Shown: in pieces, positions 1 to 9,916 of the stretch
Layout of the letters: each line of letters begins with the position of its first letter
Numbering within the stretch: position 1 is the stretch's first letter
Assembly (NCBI GenBank): GCA_963811165.1
Contig: CAWEQH010000010.1
Span: 288,001-352,000 of the forward strand
Direction of reading: 5' to 3'
DNA length: 64,000 nucleotides
From: an uncultured Nitrospiraceae bacterium
GTDB lineage: Bacteria > Nitrospirota > Thermodesulfovibrionia > Thermodesulfovibrionales > UBA6898
Program-made: the position numbers and the translations under genes
Notes under the pieces: model-generated
What the model was told of the DNA's origin: nothing
Database searches by the model: none
Seen by the model: only the letters and a program-made list of their open reading frames with translations

Positions 1-863
1 CGTTTGCGGCCTCCTGTAATCTCGTCCGCAAGGTGCTTTACAGGCTTGACCGGGAGTTTGCCGGGATTTTTGACGGATTCATCAGGGACCGGCAGATCGA
101 TGTCTTCCCCAAAAAAGGAAAGGCCGGCGGCGCGTTCTGTGCGCACCACCTCATCTCGCAGCCTACCTATATTCTTCTTAATCATACCGGGGAACTGACC
201 GATGTCCTTACGCTTGCCCATGAAGTCGGCCACGGCATCAATAACGAACTTATCAGAAGGAGTCAAAACGCCCTTAATTTCGGGACGCCGACCTCGACGG
301 CCGAAGTGGCGAGCACCTTCTTGGAAGACTTCGTGCTTCAGGAGATACTTAAAAAGTCGCGCGGAGAATTGAAGCTTGCGATCATGATGAAGAAACTGGA
401 TGACGATGTTTCGACTATTTTCAGGCAGGTCGCATGTTACAGGTTCGAGGCCGCCCTCCATGAGCTTTTTCGAAAGAGGGGCTATTTATCGAAGGAGGAG
501 ATAGGAAAGCTGTTTAGTGAGCATATGGCGGCTTACATGGGTGATTGCGTGGAGCAGACGAAGGGCTCTGAAAACTGGTGGGTCTACTGGAACCATATCC
601 GCTACTTTTTTTACGTCTATTCCTACGCAAGTGGTCTTCTCATTTCGAAGTCTCTCCAAAACTCGGTAAAAAAAACCCCGGCGTATATGAGCAAGGTCAA
701 GGACTTTTTGTCGGCGGGTCTTTCGGATTCTCCAAAAAACATCTTCCTCGGGCTCGGGATAGAAATAGAAAACGGGGATTTTTGGGAGAGTGGCCTGGGG
801 GAGGTCGAGCGTCTGTTAGAAGAGACGATCAGCCTGGCGAAGAAACTAGGCAAATTGCGATGA
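1..863 (+). CDS. pepF: M3 family oligoendopeptidase F (5' truncated by window edge)
   Basis: GK.GGAFC motif, HExxH (LAHEVGH), AEVASTF and FYVYSYASG motifs. Confidence 0.9.
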   Translation, partial: FAASCNLVRKVLYRLDREFAGIFDGFIRDRQIDVFPKKGKAGGAFCAHHLISQPTYILLNHTGELTDVLTLAHEVGHGINNELIRRSQNALNFGTPTSTAEVASTFLEDFVLQEILKKSRGELKLAIMMKKLDDDVSTIFRQVACYRFEAALHELFRKRGYLSKEEIGKLFSEHMAAYMGDCVEQTKGSENWWVYWNHIRYFFYVYSYASGLLISKSLQNSVKKTPAYMSKVKDFLSAGLSDSPKNIFLGLGIEIENGDFWESGLGEVERLLEETISLAKKLGKLR

Positions 864-941
864 GCCTCCCCCTGCAGGGCTCGTTATATCTGATATACTT
901 CTTCTATAGGCTAGGCCTTTGTTTCATCCGTGTGAAGAGGT

Positions 942-2828
942 GTGAAGGTGGATACCAGACTTAAAGAGGTGATGGCCGCATACCCTGAGAAGTTTGCCGC
1001 CGAAGAAGAGATATTTGCCAAAATACACGCCGGGGACAGGATATTCGTGGGGACGGGCTGCGGAGAACCGCAGTGTCTTGTGCGGGCGCTCATAAAGTAT
1101 GTCCGGTCCCACCCGAAGGCCTTTTTCGACGCCGAAGTGCTGCAGGTATGGAACCTCGGAGTGTCGCCCTACGCAGACGAGAAGTTCAGGGACAATTTCC
1201 GGTACAACTCCTTCTTCATCGGAAAAAACTCCAGAGACGCCGTCAATCGCGGTGCCGCGGATTATACGCCGATTTTTCTGTCGGCCGTGCCCGGTCTTTT
1301 TTATAAGAAGCGGATACCGGTCGATGTCGCGCTCATACAGACTTCGGTGCCTGATGCGCACGGCTTTATGAGCCTCGGCGTAAGCGTCGACATAGTCAAG
1401 GCGGCGACGGAAAGCGCCTCGCTGGTCATTACACAGGTCAACTCCCGGATGCCCAGGGTCCACGGCGACACTTTCATTCACATCAGGGACGTTGACTTCA
1501 TTCTCCCATGCGACGAGCCGCTGCTCGTATTTGAAACGGTGGTGCCGGATGAGATCGCGGAGAAGATCGGGAAATATGTGGCGAGGATAGTGCAAGACGG
1601 CGACACGATACAGGTCGGGTATGGAAGCATTCCCAATGCGATACTCGCACATCTTCGCGGGAAACGTCATCTCGGGGTGCATACGGAACTTCTCACCGAC
1701 GGGATCGTGGACCTGATGAAGAGGGGGGCCATAGATAATACTATGAAGGACCTCAACAGGGACAAAACCGTAGCCGCGTTCTGTATGGGCAAAACGGAGA
1801 CTTATGAGTTCATCAACGACAACCCGAGCATAGAATTCAGGCCGGTAAGTTACACGAACAATCCGCTCACTATTGCCAGGAACAAAAACGTTACGGCAAT
1901 AAACAGCGCGCTTGAGATAGACCTCACCGGTCAGGCCACTGCGGAATCCCTGGGAAAATATTTTTTTAGCGGGATAGGCGGCCAGGCCGATTTTATGAGA
2001 GGGGCCATTCTTTCTCAGGGGGGCAAGACGATCCTCGCCCTGCAGTCTACCGCCGAAGAGGGTGAGGTGTCGAGGATCGTGCCTTACCTTAAGGAAGGAG
2101 CAGGAGTTACCCTGACGAGGGGAGACCTCCACTATGTAGTTACGGAGTTCGGCATAGCTTATCTTCACGGGAAAAACATCAGGGAAAGGGCGATGGACCT
2201 CATTGCCATAGCCCACCCGAAGTTCAGGACATGGCTTATCGAGGAGGCGAAGAAACTTTCGTTGATCTATAAGGACCAGGCCTTTATACCTGGAGAAAAG
2301 GGCGAGTACCCCGAGACGCTCGAGACGTACCGTACGACAAAGAGCGGGTTGAAGATATTTCTCAGGCCCGTAAAGATAACGGATGAGCAATTGCTCAAGG
2401 ATTTTTTCTACTCACTGTCGGGCAACAGCATGTACCACAGATTTATCTCGATACGCGCGGATATGCATCATGACCGCATCCAGCAGTTCGTCGTGATCGA
2501 TTATACGAAAGAAATGGTCATCCTTTCAGTAGTGCAGGAGGAGGATAAGGAAGTGATCGCCGGCATGGGGCAGTACTTCATCGATGAGAAGACCCATACT
2601 GCGGAGGTTGCCTTTTTGGTCCGTGATGAATATCAGGGCCGGGGGATAGGCAGCGAGCTCCTCTTATACCTTACGTACCTCGGGAAAAAGAACGGGCTGC
2701 ACGGTTTCACTGCGGAGGCGCTGGTAGACAACAAGGCGATGCTCCAGATCTTCGTAAAAGCGGGTTTTGCGATCGAAAAGCACTCCGAAGCGGATATGTA
2801 CGAGCTGACGATGTCCTTCCGGGATTGA
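942..2828 (+). CDS. Acetyl-CoA hydrolase/CoA-transferase fused to a C-terminal GNAT acetyltransferase
   Basis: GVHTE, EIDLTGQ and GIGGQADF CoA-transferase motifs; C-terminal YQGRGIG acetyl-CoA binding motif. Confidence 0.88.
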   Translation: MKVDTRLKEVMAAYPEKFAAEEEIFAKIHAGDRIFVGTGCGEPQCLVRALIKYVRSHPKAFFDAEVLQVWNLGVSPYADEKFRDNFRYNSFFIGKNSRDAVNRGAADYTPIFLSAVPGLFYKKRIPVDVALIQTSVPDAHGFMSLGVSVDIVKAATESASLVITQVNSRMPRVHGDTFIHIRDVDFILPCDEPLLVFETVVPDEIAEKIGKYVARIVQDGDTIQVGYGSIPNAILAHLRGKRHLGVHTELLTDGIVDLMKRGAIDNTMKDLNRDKTVAAFCMGKTETYEFINDNPSIEFRPVSYTNNPLTIARNKNVTAINSALEIDLTGQATAESLGKYFFSGIGGQADFMRGAILSQGGKTILALQSTAEEGEVSRIVPYLKEGAGVTLTRGDLHYVVTEFGIAYLHGKNIRERAMDLIAIAHPKFRTWLIEEAKKLSLIYKDQAFIPGEKGEYPETLETYRTTKSGLKIFLRPVKITDEQLLKDFFYSLSGNSMYHRFISIRADMHHDRIQQFVVIDYTKEMVILSVVQEEDKEVIAGMGQYFIDEKTHTAEVAFLVRDEYQGRGIGSELLLYLTYLGKKNGLHGFTAEALVDNKAMLQIFVKAGFAIEKHSEADMYELTMSFRD

Positions 2829-2845
2829 GAGCGGACAGGGTGAAA

Positions 2846-3526
2846 TTACTTCTTGCCCGATCTTTTTTCGATAAAGGCCCCTATCGCCGCCCTGGCGGAG
2901 GGCTGTAGCCCGACGTATCGCACGCCGAAGCGGAGCACACCGTCGTCGCTTTTGACGACTCTCATTACCTCGGCATCGGTTTCGATCCGCTCGGCGCCGG
3001 GAAGAAAGAAACAACAGGTCAAGACGTCCCCTCTTTCCAGCGCCTTGTCCGCCTCAAGCAGGAGACCTGTTGCACTGATGTCTTGCGAGGAGCAGAAAAA
3101 AGGTTTGTTGTCGAACTTGCCGTCGACCGTGGCCTTGAGGAGTACACGGTAGCTCTTTCTTTCTTGGACATCGAGCAGTTTGCTTACACTTTCGAGAAAC
3201 TGTAGCGGCCGGATGGGCTTTGTGACATGCACGGTTGCCTTACACCTCGTTATCCGGTGCAGGTCGGCCTCACTGCCTCCGCATACCATGATAAACGGGA
3301 CATATTTCAACTCCTCATCGTTTCTGATAGCAGCGCACAGCTTGTCGCCGCTCATGCCGGGCAGGTCCAGGTCGGCGATGATAAGATCGACTTTTTCCTT
3401 CCTGTGTAAAGCGAGTGCTTCTTCCCCCGATGCAGCCGTAAATATTTTGATGTTGTTCCTGTTGAGGATAGTGCGTTCTCTTTCTATAAGGTGGCCGAGG
3501 TCATCCACCAGTAATACTTTCTTCAT
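2846..3526 (-). CDS. Response regulator receiver plus PilZ domain protein
   Basis: VLLVDD ... DLDLPGMSG ... TKP receiver; ERKSYR and DISATG PilZ motifs. Confidence 0.85.
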   Translation of the reverse strand: MKKVLLVDDLGHLIERERTILNRNNIKIFTAASGEEALALHRKEKVDLIIADLDLPGMSGDKLCAAIRNDEELKYVPFIMVCGGSEADLHRITRCKATVHVTKPIRPLQFLESVSKLLDVQERKSYRVLLKATVDGKFDNKPFFCSSQDISATGLLLEADKALERGDVLTCCFFLPGAERIETDAEVMRVVKSDDGVLRFGVRYVGLQPSARAAIGAFIEKRSGKK

Positions 3527-3647
3527 GGCCTATTGTTTATACGTGAATCGGACTCTCTTTGTCAAGAAACATCACCCCGTTATACTCTCAACGGCAAAGC
3601 ATTTGTGAAGCACTTGCGGTATCGTGCAGAGAGAGAAGTGAAACGCT

Positions 3648-4439
3648 TTAGTCCATTATCCTGTTGACCTTGACCGCAAAGAGCAGATATGCCGCGGTAA
3701 GCGGGATGCTCGTCAGCCACCAGAGGGCAAGAACGCTTCCCGCTATGTTAAAGAGCGCGCCAAGGACCATCGCCGGGGTCATTGATACTGCGGCCAAACG
3801 CATATACGTTCGGTAACTCAGCGGCGGGCCCGGTGACTTTGTGAGAAGAGACGCGAGCAGCGCGAGAATTACCACTTCAATAAGACGGATTAGGAAAGAA
3901 AAGAATACCGCCAGAGGATACAGGATGAAGAAAAGCGATTTTGACAGTTCTTCGATCCATGTGTAAAGGAGCCGCCTGTCCAGAGAGAAATCGTCGACCC
4001 CGGAGAGATCGATGGTCCTGGTCCGCCCATCTTCGTTTCTGACCGTCACCGCTGCCTGAGAAACAAGCATGACCGCCTTCGAACCTGCCAGCGAGCGGAC
4101 CTTACCGGTCGTGTCGAATATGATGAGAGGATCTCCTGATTTGTCGTCTTTCACGTAATAAGGCTCCGGTTTGTCTATCGAAACTTTCCCCTTGCTGATC
4201 TTGATCGCCGGCATCTGTCTTACTATTCTTGGCGCTTGCTCATTCAGCACGTCGGAAAGCTCCCATTGAAGAAGAAGGACAAAAGGGATTGTGCAGAGTG
4301 CAACTGTCGAAAAGAGGAAGACAAGTCCGGGTCCCTTCCAGTTCCTGCCCACATCCTGATACAGCGACTTTGAAAAAAAAGCCATAAAAAGCGGATGGAG
4401 CAATGTGTATCGTCGCGCTGTATGCTCGTAAGAAGTCAA
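3648..4439 (-). CDS. DUF1189-like membrane protein
   Basis: N-terminal TM, soluble loop and several C-terminal TMs; F.SKSLY..VG..W pattern. Confidence 0.6.
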   Translation of the reverse strand: MTSYEHTARRYTLLHPLFMAFFSKSLYQDVGRNWKGPGLVFLFSTVALCTIPFVLLLQWELSDVLNEQAPRIVRQMPAIKISKGKVSIDKPEPYYVKDDKSGDPLIIFDTTGKVRSLAGSKAVMLVSQAAVTVRNEDGRTRTIDLSGVDDFSLDRRLLYTWIEELSKSLFFILYPLAVFFSFLIRLIEVVILALLASLLTKSPGPPLSYRTYMRLAAVSMTPAMVLGALFNIAGSVLALWWLTSIPLTAAYLLFAVKVNRIMD

Positions 4440-4452
4440 GGTGGTCTTCTCC

Positions 4453-4902
4453 TTACGTGCGCGGCCAGACCGACCTTATCACGAGGAGCGCTATCCCTAT
4501 GGTAAGAGCGGAATCCGCCACGTTAAATGCCGGCCAGTAGAAGTTTCCGGCGTAGACCTCCAAAAAATCGATCACGTATCCGTGGGCGATCCTGTCGGTA
4601 AGATTCCCTGCCGCCCCTCCAAGGATAAGGCAAAATCCCAGTCTGTTTTCGTGGTCCTTTACGATCATGACGGAGACCGCCACAATTGCGGCTGCCGATA
4701 TAAATATAAAAAAGGGATTTCCCAGCCCCTTGAACATACCGAAGGCCGAACCTATGTTGCGGTAATATACGATATTAAAGCAGGGCATGGCTTTAATGAC
4801 CTGATAGAGGTTCAGGTTTCTCATGATGAGGTATTTTGTACCCTGGTCGAGCATAAAGATGACAAAGGCCAGCACGAAGTAACCGGCGGTCCTGGATTTC
4901 AT
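4453..4902 (-). CDS. lspA: Lipoprotein signal peptidase II
   Basis: DQGTK, NIGSAFG, GAAGNLTDR, VIDF and FNVAD motifs. Confidence 0.95.
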   Translation of the reverse strand: MKSRTAGYFVLAFVIFMLDQGTKYLIMRNLNLYQVIKAMPCFNIVYYRNIGSAFGMFKGLGNPFFIFISAAAIVAVSVMIVKDHENRLGFCLILGGAAGNLTDRIAHGYVIDFLEVYAGNFYWPAFNVADSALTIGIALLVIRSVWPRT

Positions 4903-4917
4903 TCCGGTCAACCCCGA

Positions 4918-5370
4918 TCAGAAAGTGAAGATCAATGCGAATTCGTCGCATTCCGGGAATTTTGGACATCTGATGCAATCGCCCCAAATCTTTTGGGGGA
5001 GGTCCGATTTGTCAATATCTGTAAACCCCAATTTTTTGAAGAATAAAGGTTGATACGTAAGGGCGAACACCCTTTTTACCCCGAGGGCTTTTGCCTCGTC
5101 AAGGCATTGGGTTACCATTTTTTTCCCTATCCCCTTCCGCTGGGACTCCTTCTTTACTGCGAGAGAACGGATTTCAGCGAGGTCTTCCCACAGGACATGC
5201 AACGCGCAGACACCGAATATCTTTCCCTTCTCTTCACTTACCACAAAATCCCTGATATTTTCATAAAGCTCATTGATCGACCGCGGGATCATTTCTTCCT
5301 TCCGCGCGAATTCATTGACGAGCTTCTGGATGTCCCTTATATCAGCTATCTTTGCTTTTCGTATCCTCAA
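4918..5370 (-). CDS. argA: Short GNAT N-acetyltransferase (ArgA-like N-acetylglutamate synthase)
   Basis: LAEIRSLAV, VFALTY...FF and LPQKIWGDCIRC.KFP.CDE signature. Confidence 0.75.
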   Translation of the reverse strand: MRIRKAKIADIRDIQKLVNEFARKEEMIPRSINELYENIRDFVVSEEKGKIFGVCALHVLWEDLAEIRSLAVKKESQRKGIGKKMVTQCLDEAKALGVKRVFALTYQPLFFKKLGFTDIDKSDLPQKIWGDCIRCPKFPECDEFALIFTF

Positions 5371-5899
5371 TGTACTGTATCCCTTTCAAGATAGAATTTG
5401 TATTTGCTCTTATCCCGTTTCCCCCCGCCGACTTCGACGGTCCCTCGACGATCTTCAGTATCGAAGACCTCCGCAGAAGCGCGGTCTCTGCGATCATCGC
5501 ACCGAGCATGACCATGTTGGCAGATTTTGTGTTGCCCGCGGCGCTTGCCAGTTCGGTTGCAGGGACGGATATTGCCCGCGCATCGTCCCTGAGGGCCGGA
5601 TCCTTAATCAGAGAGCTGTCGTAGAAGATTAATCCGCGCCTTTTCAGTCTCGTCTGAAATTTCTCAAGAGACTCTTTGTTCATGATAATAAGGATGTCGG
5701 AACTCAGGACCACCGGCGAACCGATCATTTCGTCGGAGATGATGACCGTGCAATTGGCCGTGCCGCCCCGCATCTCAGCTCCGTAGGAAGGAAACCAGGT
5801 AACTTCCTTGTTTTCTCCCATTGCCGCATACGCCAGTACCTTGCCCAGAAACAGAATCCCTTGTCCCCCCGAGCCCGCGATGACCACCCTTTTTTCCAA
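5342..5899 (-). CDS. 2-oxoacid:ferredoxin oxidoreductase gamma subunit
   Basis: [17 protein letters not shown] and ANMVMLGA motifs; TTG start. Confidence 0.9.
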   Translation of the reverse strand: MEKRVVIAGSGGQGILFLGKVLAYAAMGENKEVTWFPSYGAEMRGGTANCTVIISDEMIGSPVVLSSDILIIMNKESLEKFQTRLKRRGLIFYDSSLIKDPALRDDARAISVPATELASAAGNTKSANMVMLGAMIAETALLRRSSILKIVEGPSKSAGGNGIRANTNSILKGIQYIEDTKSKDS

Positions 5900-6649
5900 T
5901 TAGCTCTCCTCCCCATATCTGTCTTTCACTGTCCCGGTAGGGTAGACCTTCAGCATTTGCGACTTTATCCATTCAAGCGATGCCCGCGGAGACAACCCCC
6001 AATCAGTAGGACAGGGGGAGAGCATTTCGATTAAGGAAAACCCCTTTCCCTCCATTTGATATCTGAAGCACTTCTCTATTGCAGACTTTGCGACGACAAG
6101 ATTTTTGTAAGAATCAAGAGAAACCCTCTGGATAAAGGCCGCGCCTTCAATGGTAGCGAGCAGTTCGGATACCCGCAGGGGGTAGCCCTCGAACGCGGCA
6201 CTTCTTCCCGCAGGGGTGGTAGTCGTGCGCTGTCCCAGAAGCGTGGTGGGGGCCATCTGTCCTCCCGTCATGCCGTAGTTGGCGTTATTGATGAAAAAGA
6301 CGGATATGTTTTCTCCCCTCACAGCAGCGTGGACGATTTCGGAAGTGCCGATTGCAGCGAGGTCGCCGTCGCCCTGATAGGAAAAAATTATCCTGTCGGG
6401 CATAACTCTTTTTAAAGCCGTTGCGACTGCCGGCGGCCTGCCATGGGCCGATTCGAGGATATCAAAATTGAAGTAGTCGTAGGAGAAGACCGCGCATCCG
6501 ACAGGCGCGATACCGACGACTCTCTCACGGATATCGAGGGCGTCTATACACTCCGCGATAAGCCGGTGCGCAATGCTGTGTCCGCACCCCGGGCAATACC
6601 GGAAAGCAGCCGGCTTCAAACTCCTTGGTCTACGGAACATCTTTTCCAT
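5900..6649 (-). CDS. 2-oxoacid:ferredoxin oxidoreductase beta (TPP-binding) subunit
   Basis: YCPGCGH, HGR, QGDGD, NNANYGMTGGQ and SPCPT motifs. Confidence 0.9.
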   Translation of the reverse strand: MEKMFRRPRSLKPAAFRYCPGCGHSIAHRLIAECIDALDIRERVVGIAPVGCAVFSYDYFNFDILESAHGRPPAVATALKRVMPDRIIFSYQGDGDLAAIGTSEIVHAAVRGENISVFFINNANYGMTGGQMAPTTLLGQRTTTTPAGRSAAFEGYPLRVSELLATIEGAAFIQRVSLDSYKNLVVAKSAIEKCFRYQMEGKGFSLIEMLSPCPTDWGLSPRASLEWIKSQMLKVYPTGTVKDRYGEES

Positions 6650-8018
6650 CTATTCTTCCTTTGTAGCATATAACCTTATTCTTACCGGATGACTTCGCCC
6701 TGTACATTGCGGAATCCGCAGCGTCCAGGAGGGACCGCGCATCCACAGCGTTTTGGGGATATGACGCGATTCCGCCGCTCAAAGTTACGCTCGTCCCCCC
6801 GTCCCGTCCCGTCAAAAAAATATTTTTCTCGACGGCAATCCGTGTCCTGTCCGCAAGGTGTATGGCATCCTTTTCGGACGTATTGGGGAGGATCACTATA
6901 AATTCCTCGCCCCCGTATCTTACCACGATGTCGGTCTCGCGGGAAACCTCACGCAGGATCAAGGCCAATTCATGCAACACATCGTCGCCCGCCCGGTGGC
7001 CATAAGTATCATTGAGCTTCTTGAAGTTGTCTATATCGAAAAGGATTACCGAAAAAGCATATGCATATCTGTGCGATCTCGCTATCTCGAGATCCAGCTG
7101 CTTATATAAATATCTCGTGTTATACAGTCCTGTAAGGCCGTCGGTAATGGACAAGCGCTGTGTTTCCTCGAATAGTCTGATCTTGTCGATTATCAGGGAT
7201 ACGTGGTTCCCCAACAAAGATAGCAGGGAAGCAAAATCGTTATCCAATATTTTTTTCCTGCCGCTTCTGCCCGCCAGGAACAGAAACCCGATCGCCTCCA
7301 TGTTCGTCGACAGCGGGACCCCCAGCATGAAGACGATTCCCTCCCGGCGGAGCGTGCCGTTTTTCACCAGAAATGAGGAATCGACAACCGGCAGAATATC
7401 CCCTCTGCCGAGGAGGTCCTCGCAAATCGAATTCATTGAGCCATCCTCTATTGCACGCTGTGATTCGGGAGAGATTCCGCTGGAGCACTTAAGCCGGAAT
7501 ATGTGATCTTCTCTGATAATAAGTATTCCTATGCCGAAATCGGTAGCCAAGAGGATCTTCCTGAGCAGGTTCTCCATAACGAGGTCCATATTTTGTGACG
7601 ATATGAATGTCCCTGATAAGGTATTGATTATCATAAGCTCCTTGTTTCTTCTGATGAGCTCCTGTTCAAGATTTACGAAGTTGGAAATATCCTTCAATAA
7701 GACACGAACAAAGATTGAACCATCCTCTGACTCAAACGGAAGGACAAACACTTCATGATGCTTTCCCTCCCTTAGGATCACTTCAAAATCCTCGTTTCCG
7801 GAGGAAACGGCCTCATTCACTTTCATGGCAAGCGGTCCGAGCGGTCCGATCTCCGCAATATTTTTTCCGAGGAGATTTTTCCGGGTGTCCCCTAAAAACC
7901 TTGCGCAATGGGCGTTCAGATCGTGCACCCTGCCATCGCTCTGTAATATGATTATGGGATCGGGAACGAGATCCAGGCAGAAATACGCAGGGACCGTCTT
8001 TAGCCTCAGATATGCCAT
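6630..8018 (-). CDS. PAS-GAF-GGDEF diguanylate cyclase
   Basis: TDGLTGLYN, DIDNFK, RETD I-site and RYGGEEF. Confidence 0.9.
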   Translation of the reverse strand: MAYLRLKTVPAYFCLDLVPDPIIILQSDGRVHDLNAHCARFLGDTRKNLLGKNIAEIGPLGPLAMKVNEAVSSGNEDFEVILREGKHHEVFVLPFESEDGSIFVRVLLKDISNFVNLEQELIRRNKELMIINTLSGTFISSQNMDLVMENLLRKILLATDFGIGILIIREDHIFRLKCSSGISPESQRAIEDGSMNSICEDLLGRGDILPVVDSSFLVKNGTLRREGIVFMLGVPLSTNMEAIGFLFLAGRSGRKKILDNDFASLLSLLGNHVSLIIDKIRLFEETQRLSITDGLTGLYNTRYLYKQLDLEIARSHRYAYAFSVILFDIDNFKKLNDTYGHRAGDDVLHELALILREVSRETDIVVRYGGEEFIVILPNTSEKDAIHLADRTRIAVEKNIFLTGRDGGTSVTLSGGIASYPQNAVDARSLLDAADSAMYRAKSSGKNKVICYKGRIDGKDVP

Positions 8019-8144
8019 TATTTCTCATTTTAGATTGTGGAGTTTCTTTTCGCAAGCTCATGATTTGCAGTCATAATAGATTGGGCTATAATGTGCCTAG
8101 GCGAAAAAGACGAGCAATATCTATGCGGGGAAGGAGAGTACGGC

Positions 8145-8459
8145 ATGAATAGGAACATGAAATGGGGTCTTTTGGGCAGCGTGGTCGTCATTTGCGTTCT
8201 CATTTTTATATTTACACAGGGTTCACCCAACGGGGCGGAACTTTTTAGGAGCCAAGGGTGCATCAGTTGCCACAGCTTTAAGGGGAAGGGCGGAGAGCTA
8301 TGCCCTGATCTAACTGGAGTTACCGGTAGAAGAAGCGACAGTTGGATACGTGTACAGATAAAAGACTCCAAAAAACATAATCCGAACTCAAGAATGCCCA
8401 GCTTCGGGCATCTTTCCTACAGGGAGATAAGCGCAATAATCCGTTATTTGAAGTCCTAA
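8145..8459 (+). CDS. Monoheme class I cytochrome c
   Basis: N-terminal hydrophobic anchor, CISCH, P.DL and SRMP distal Met. Confidence 0.85.
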   Translation: MNRNMKWGLLGSVVVICVLIFIFTQGSPNGAELFRSQGCISCHSFKGKGGELCPDLTGVTGRRSDSWIRVQIKDSKKHNPNSRMPSFGHLSYREISAIIRYLKS

Positions 8460-8746
8460 GTTAGCTTCTTCGGGCAAAAAATTATGATTATGCATTTAAG
8501 TATGCTCTTAATTGGACATAACTCATGGTTACCGAAGGTAACAAGTTATGGCAAATTCTGACACTATTTTTTTTTATAGCTCGTGGGATTCCGTGTCGAG
8601 ACGCCATACGAACGATTGCGATAATGGCATTGTTTATGCTGATTTTTTGCAAACAAATTGTTTACTAATTAATGCTAAAAAAATTGTTGCTTTTCGACAT
8701 CTTATGAACTAAGCTTTAAAAATAAAAACCATTGAGGGGGTGTTTT

Positions 8747-9913
8747 ATGAAAGATTTCTTGGATGGTCTTCCTGCAGAGCCTGGAGAATCCCTTGAGAGG
8801 CTCGCAAGAAGTGGTCTGTCGCGCAGAGATTTTCTTAAGTTCTGTACGGGCGTGGCGGTTATGCTGGGATTGCCCATAGGCATGGGCTCCAAAATCGCTG
8901 AGGCTGTAATGAGCGCCAAAAGGCCTCCTGTGCTTTGGCTGTCTGCCCAGGAGTGCACGGGCTGTACCGAGAGCCTCTTAAGAACAAATCATCCTACTCT
9001 TGACAAGTTGATCCTTGAGCTTATCTCTCTTGATTATCATGAAACCCTTGAGGCCGGGGCAGGGCATCAGGCCGAGGCCGCCCGGGTAAAGTCTATGCAG
9101 GAGAATAAGGGAAAATATATATTGGTGGTAGACGGCTCCATCCCTGTTAAGGACGGCGGAATATACTGCAAGATAGGCGGTAAAACCGCTCTTTCACTCT
9201 TAGAAGAAATGGGGTCCCAGGCAGCGGCAGTCATAGCCATCGGTTCCTGTGCCTCCTGGGGCGGCGTGCCTTCTGCAGATCCGAATCCGACCGGCGCTAC
9301 CCCGGTTCATGAAATCTTCAAGAGCAAGGGCATAAAAACACCTGTAGTAAATATTCCGGGATGTCCTCCGAACGGATATAATTTCCTGTCCACGGTACTG
9401 TACTTTGTGACGTTCAAAAAGCTTCCTGAGCTTGATGATCTAGGTCGTCCCAAATTTGCTTATGGCAGACTTATTCACGACAATTGCGAACGAAGGCCGC
9501 ATTTCGATGCGGGCAGATTTGCAAAAGAATTCGGCGATGAGGGCCACAGAAAAGGATATTGCCTTTACAAGCTCGGATGCAAAGGCCCTGAGACATATAA
9601 CAACTGCCCGACACTGCTCTTCAACGACGTCGGGGCCGGGGCATGGCCGGTAGGCACAGGACATCCTTGCTTCGGATGTTCAGAAAAAGGCGTCGGCTTC
9701 TCGGCAGCTCTATTCAGCCCGGCAAAGCTTAAAGACACAACGCCTTTTATAGGCTTCCCCGGTATAGCTGAGGATAAAGGCAAAGGTGCGACAATTGCTG
9801 GCGTTGCAGTGGTTGCAGGTCTTGCAGGGGCAGCGATAGGCGCTGGGGTTTCGACGGCAAAAAAACTCGACAAAGCGGATAAAGATAAGACCGGACCAAA
9901 GTCTAAGGAGTAG
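8747..9913 (+). CDS. hybO: Hydrogenase-2-type small subunit
   Basis: Tat signal SRRDFLK; ECTGCTES, GSCASWGG, PGCPP, HDNC, CLYKLGCKGP, WPVGTGHPCFGC; C-terminal TM. Confidence 0.95.
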   Translation: MKDFLDGLPAEPGESLERLARSGLSRRDFLKFCTGVAVMLGLPIGMGSKIAEAVMSAKRPPVLWLSAQECTGCTESLLRTNHPTLDKLILELISLDYHETLEAGAGHQAEAARVKSMQENKGKYILVVDGSIPVKDGGIYCKIGGKTALSLLEEMGSQAAAVIAIGSCASWGGVPSADPNPTGATPVHEIFKSKGIKTPVVNIPGCPPNGYNFLSTVLYFVTFKKLPELDDLGRPKFAYGRLIHDNCERRPHFDAGRFAKEFGDEGHRKGYCLYKLGCKGPETYNNCPTLLFNDVGAGAWPVGTGHPCFGCSEKGVGFSAALFSPAKLKDTTPFIGFPGIAEDKGKGATIAGVAVVAGLAGAAIGAGVSTAKKLDKADKDKTGPKSKE

Positions 9914-9916
9914 GCC

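Noticed and set aside
924..2390. 488-aa minus-strand ORF
   Set aside because: Antisense shadow of the CoA-transferase-GNAT gene; no recognisable motifs
8460..8746. Short palindromes upstream of hybO (GTTACC-GAA-GGTAAC, AAACAA-A-TTGTTT)
   Set aside because: Could be operators but match no motif I can name, and short palindromes are expected by chance in AT-rich DNA
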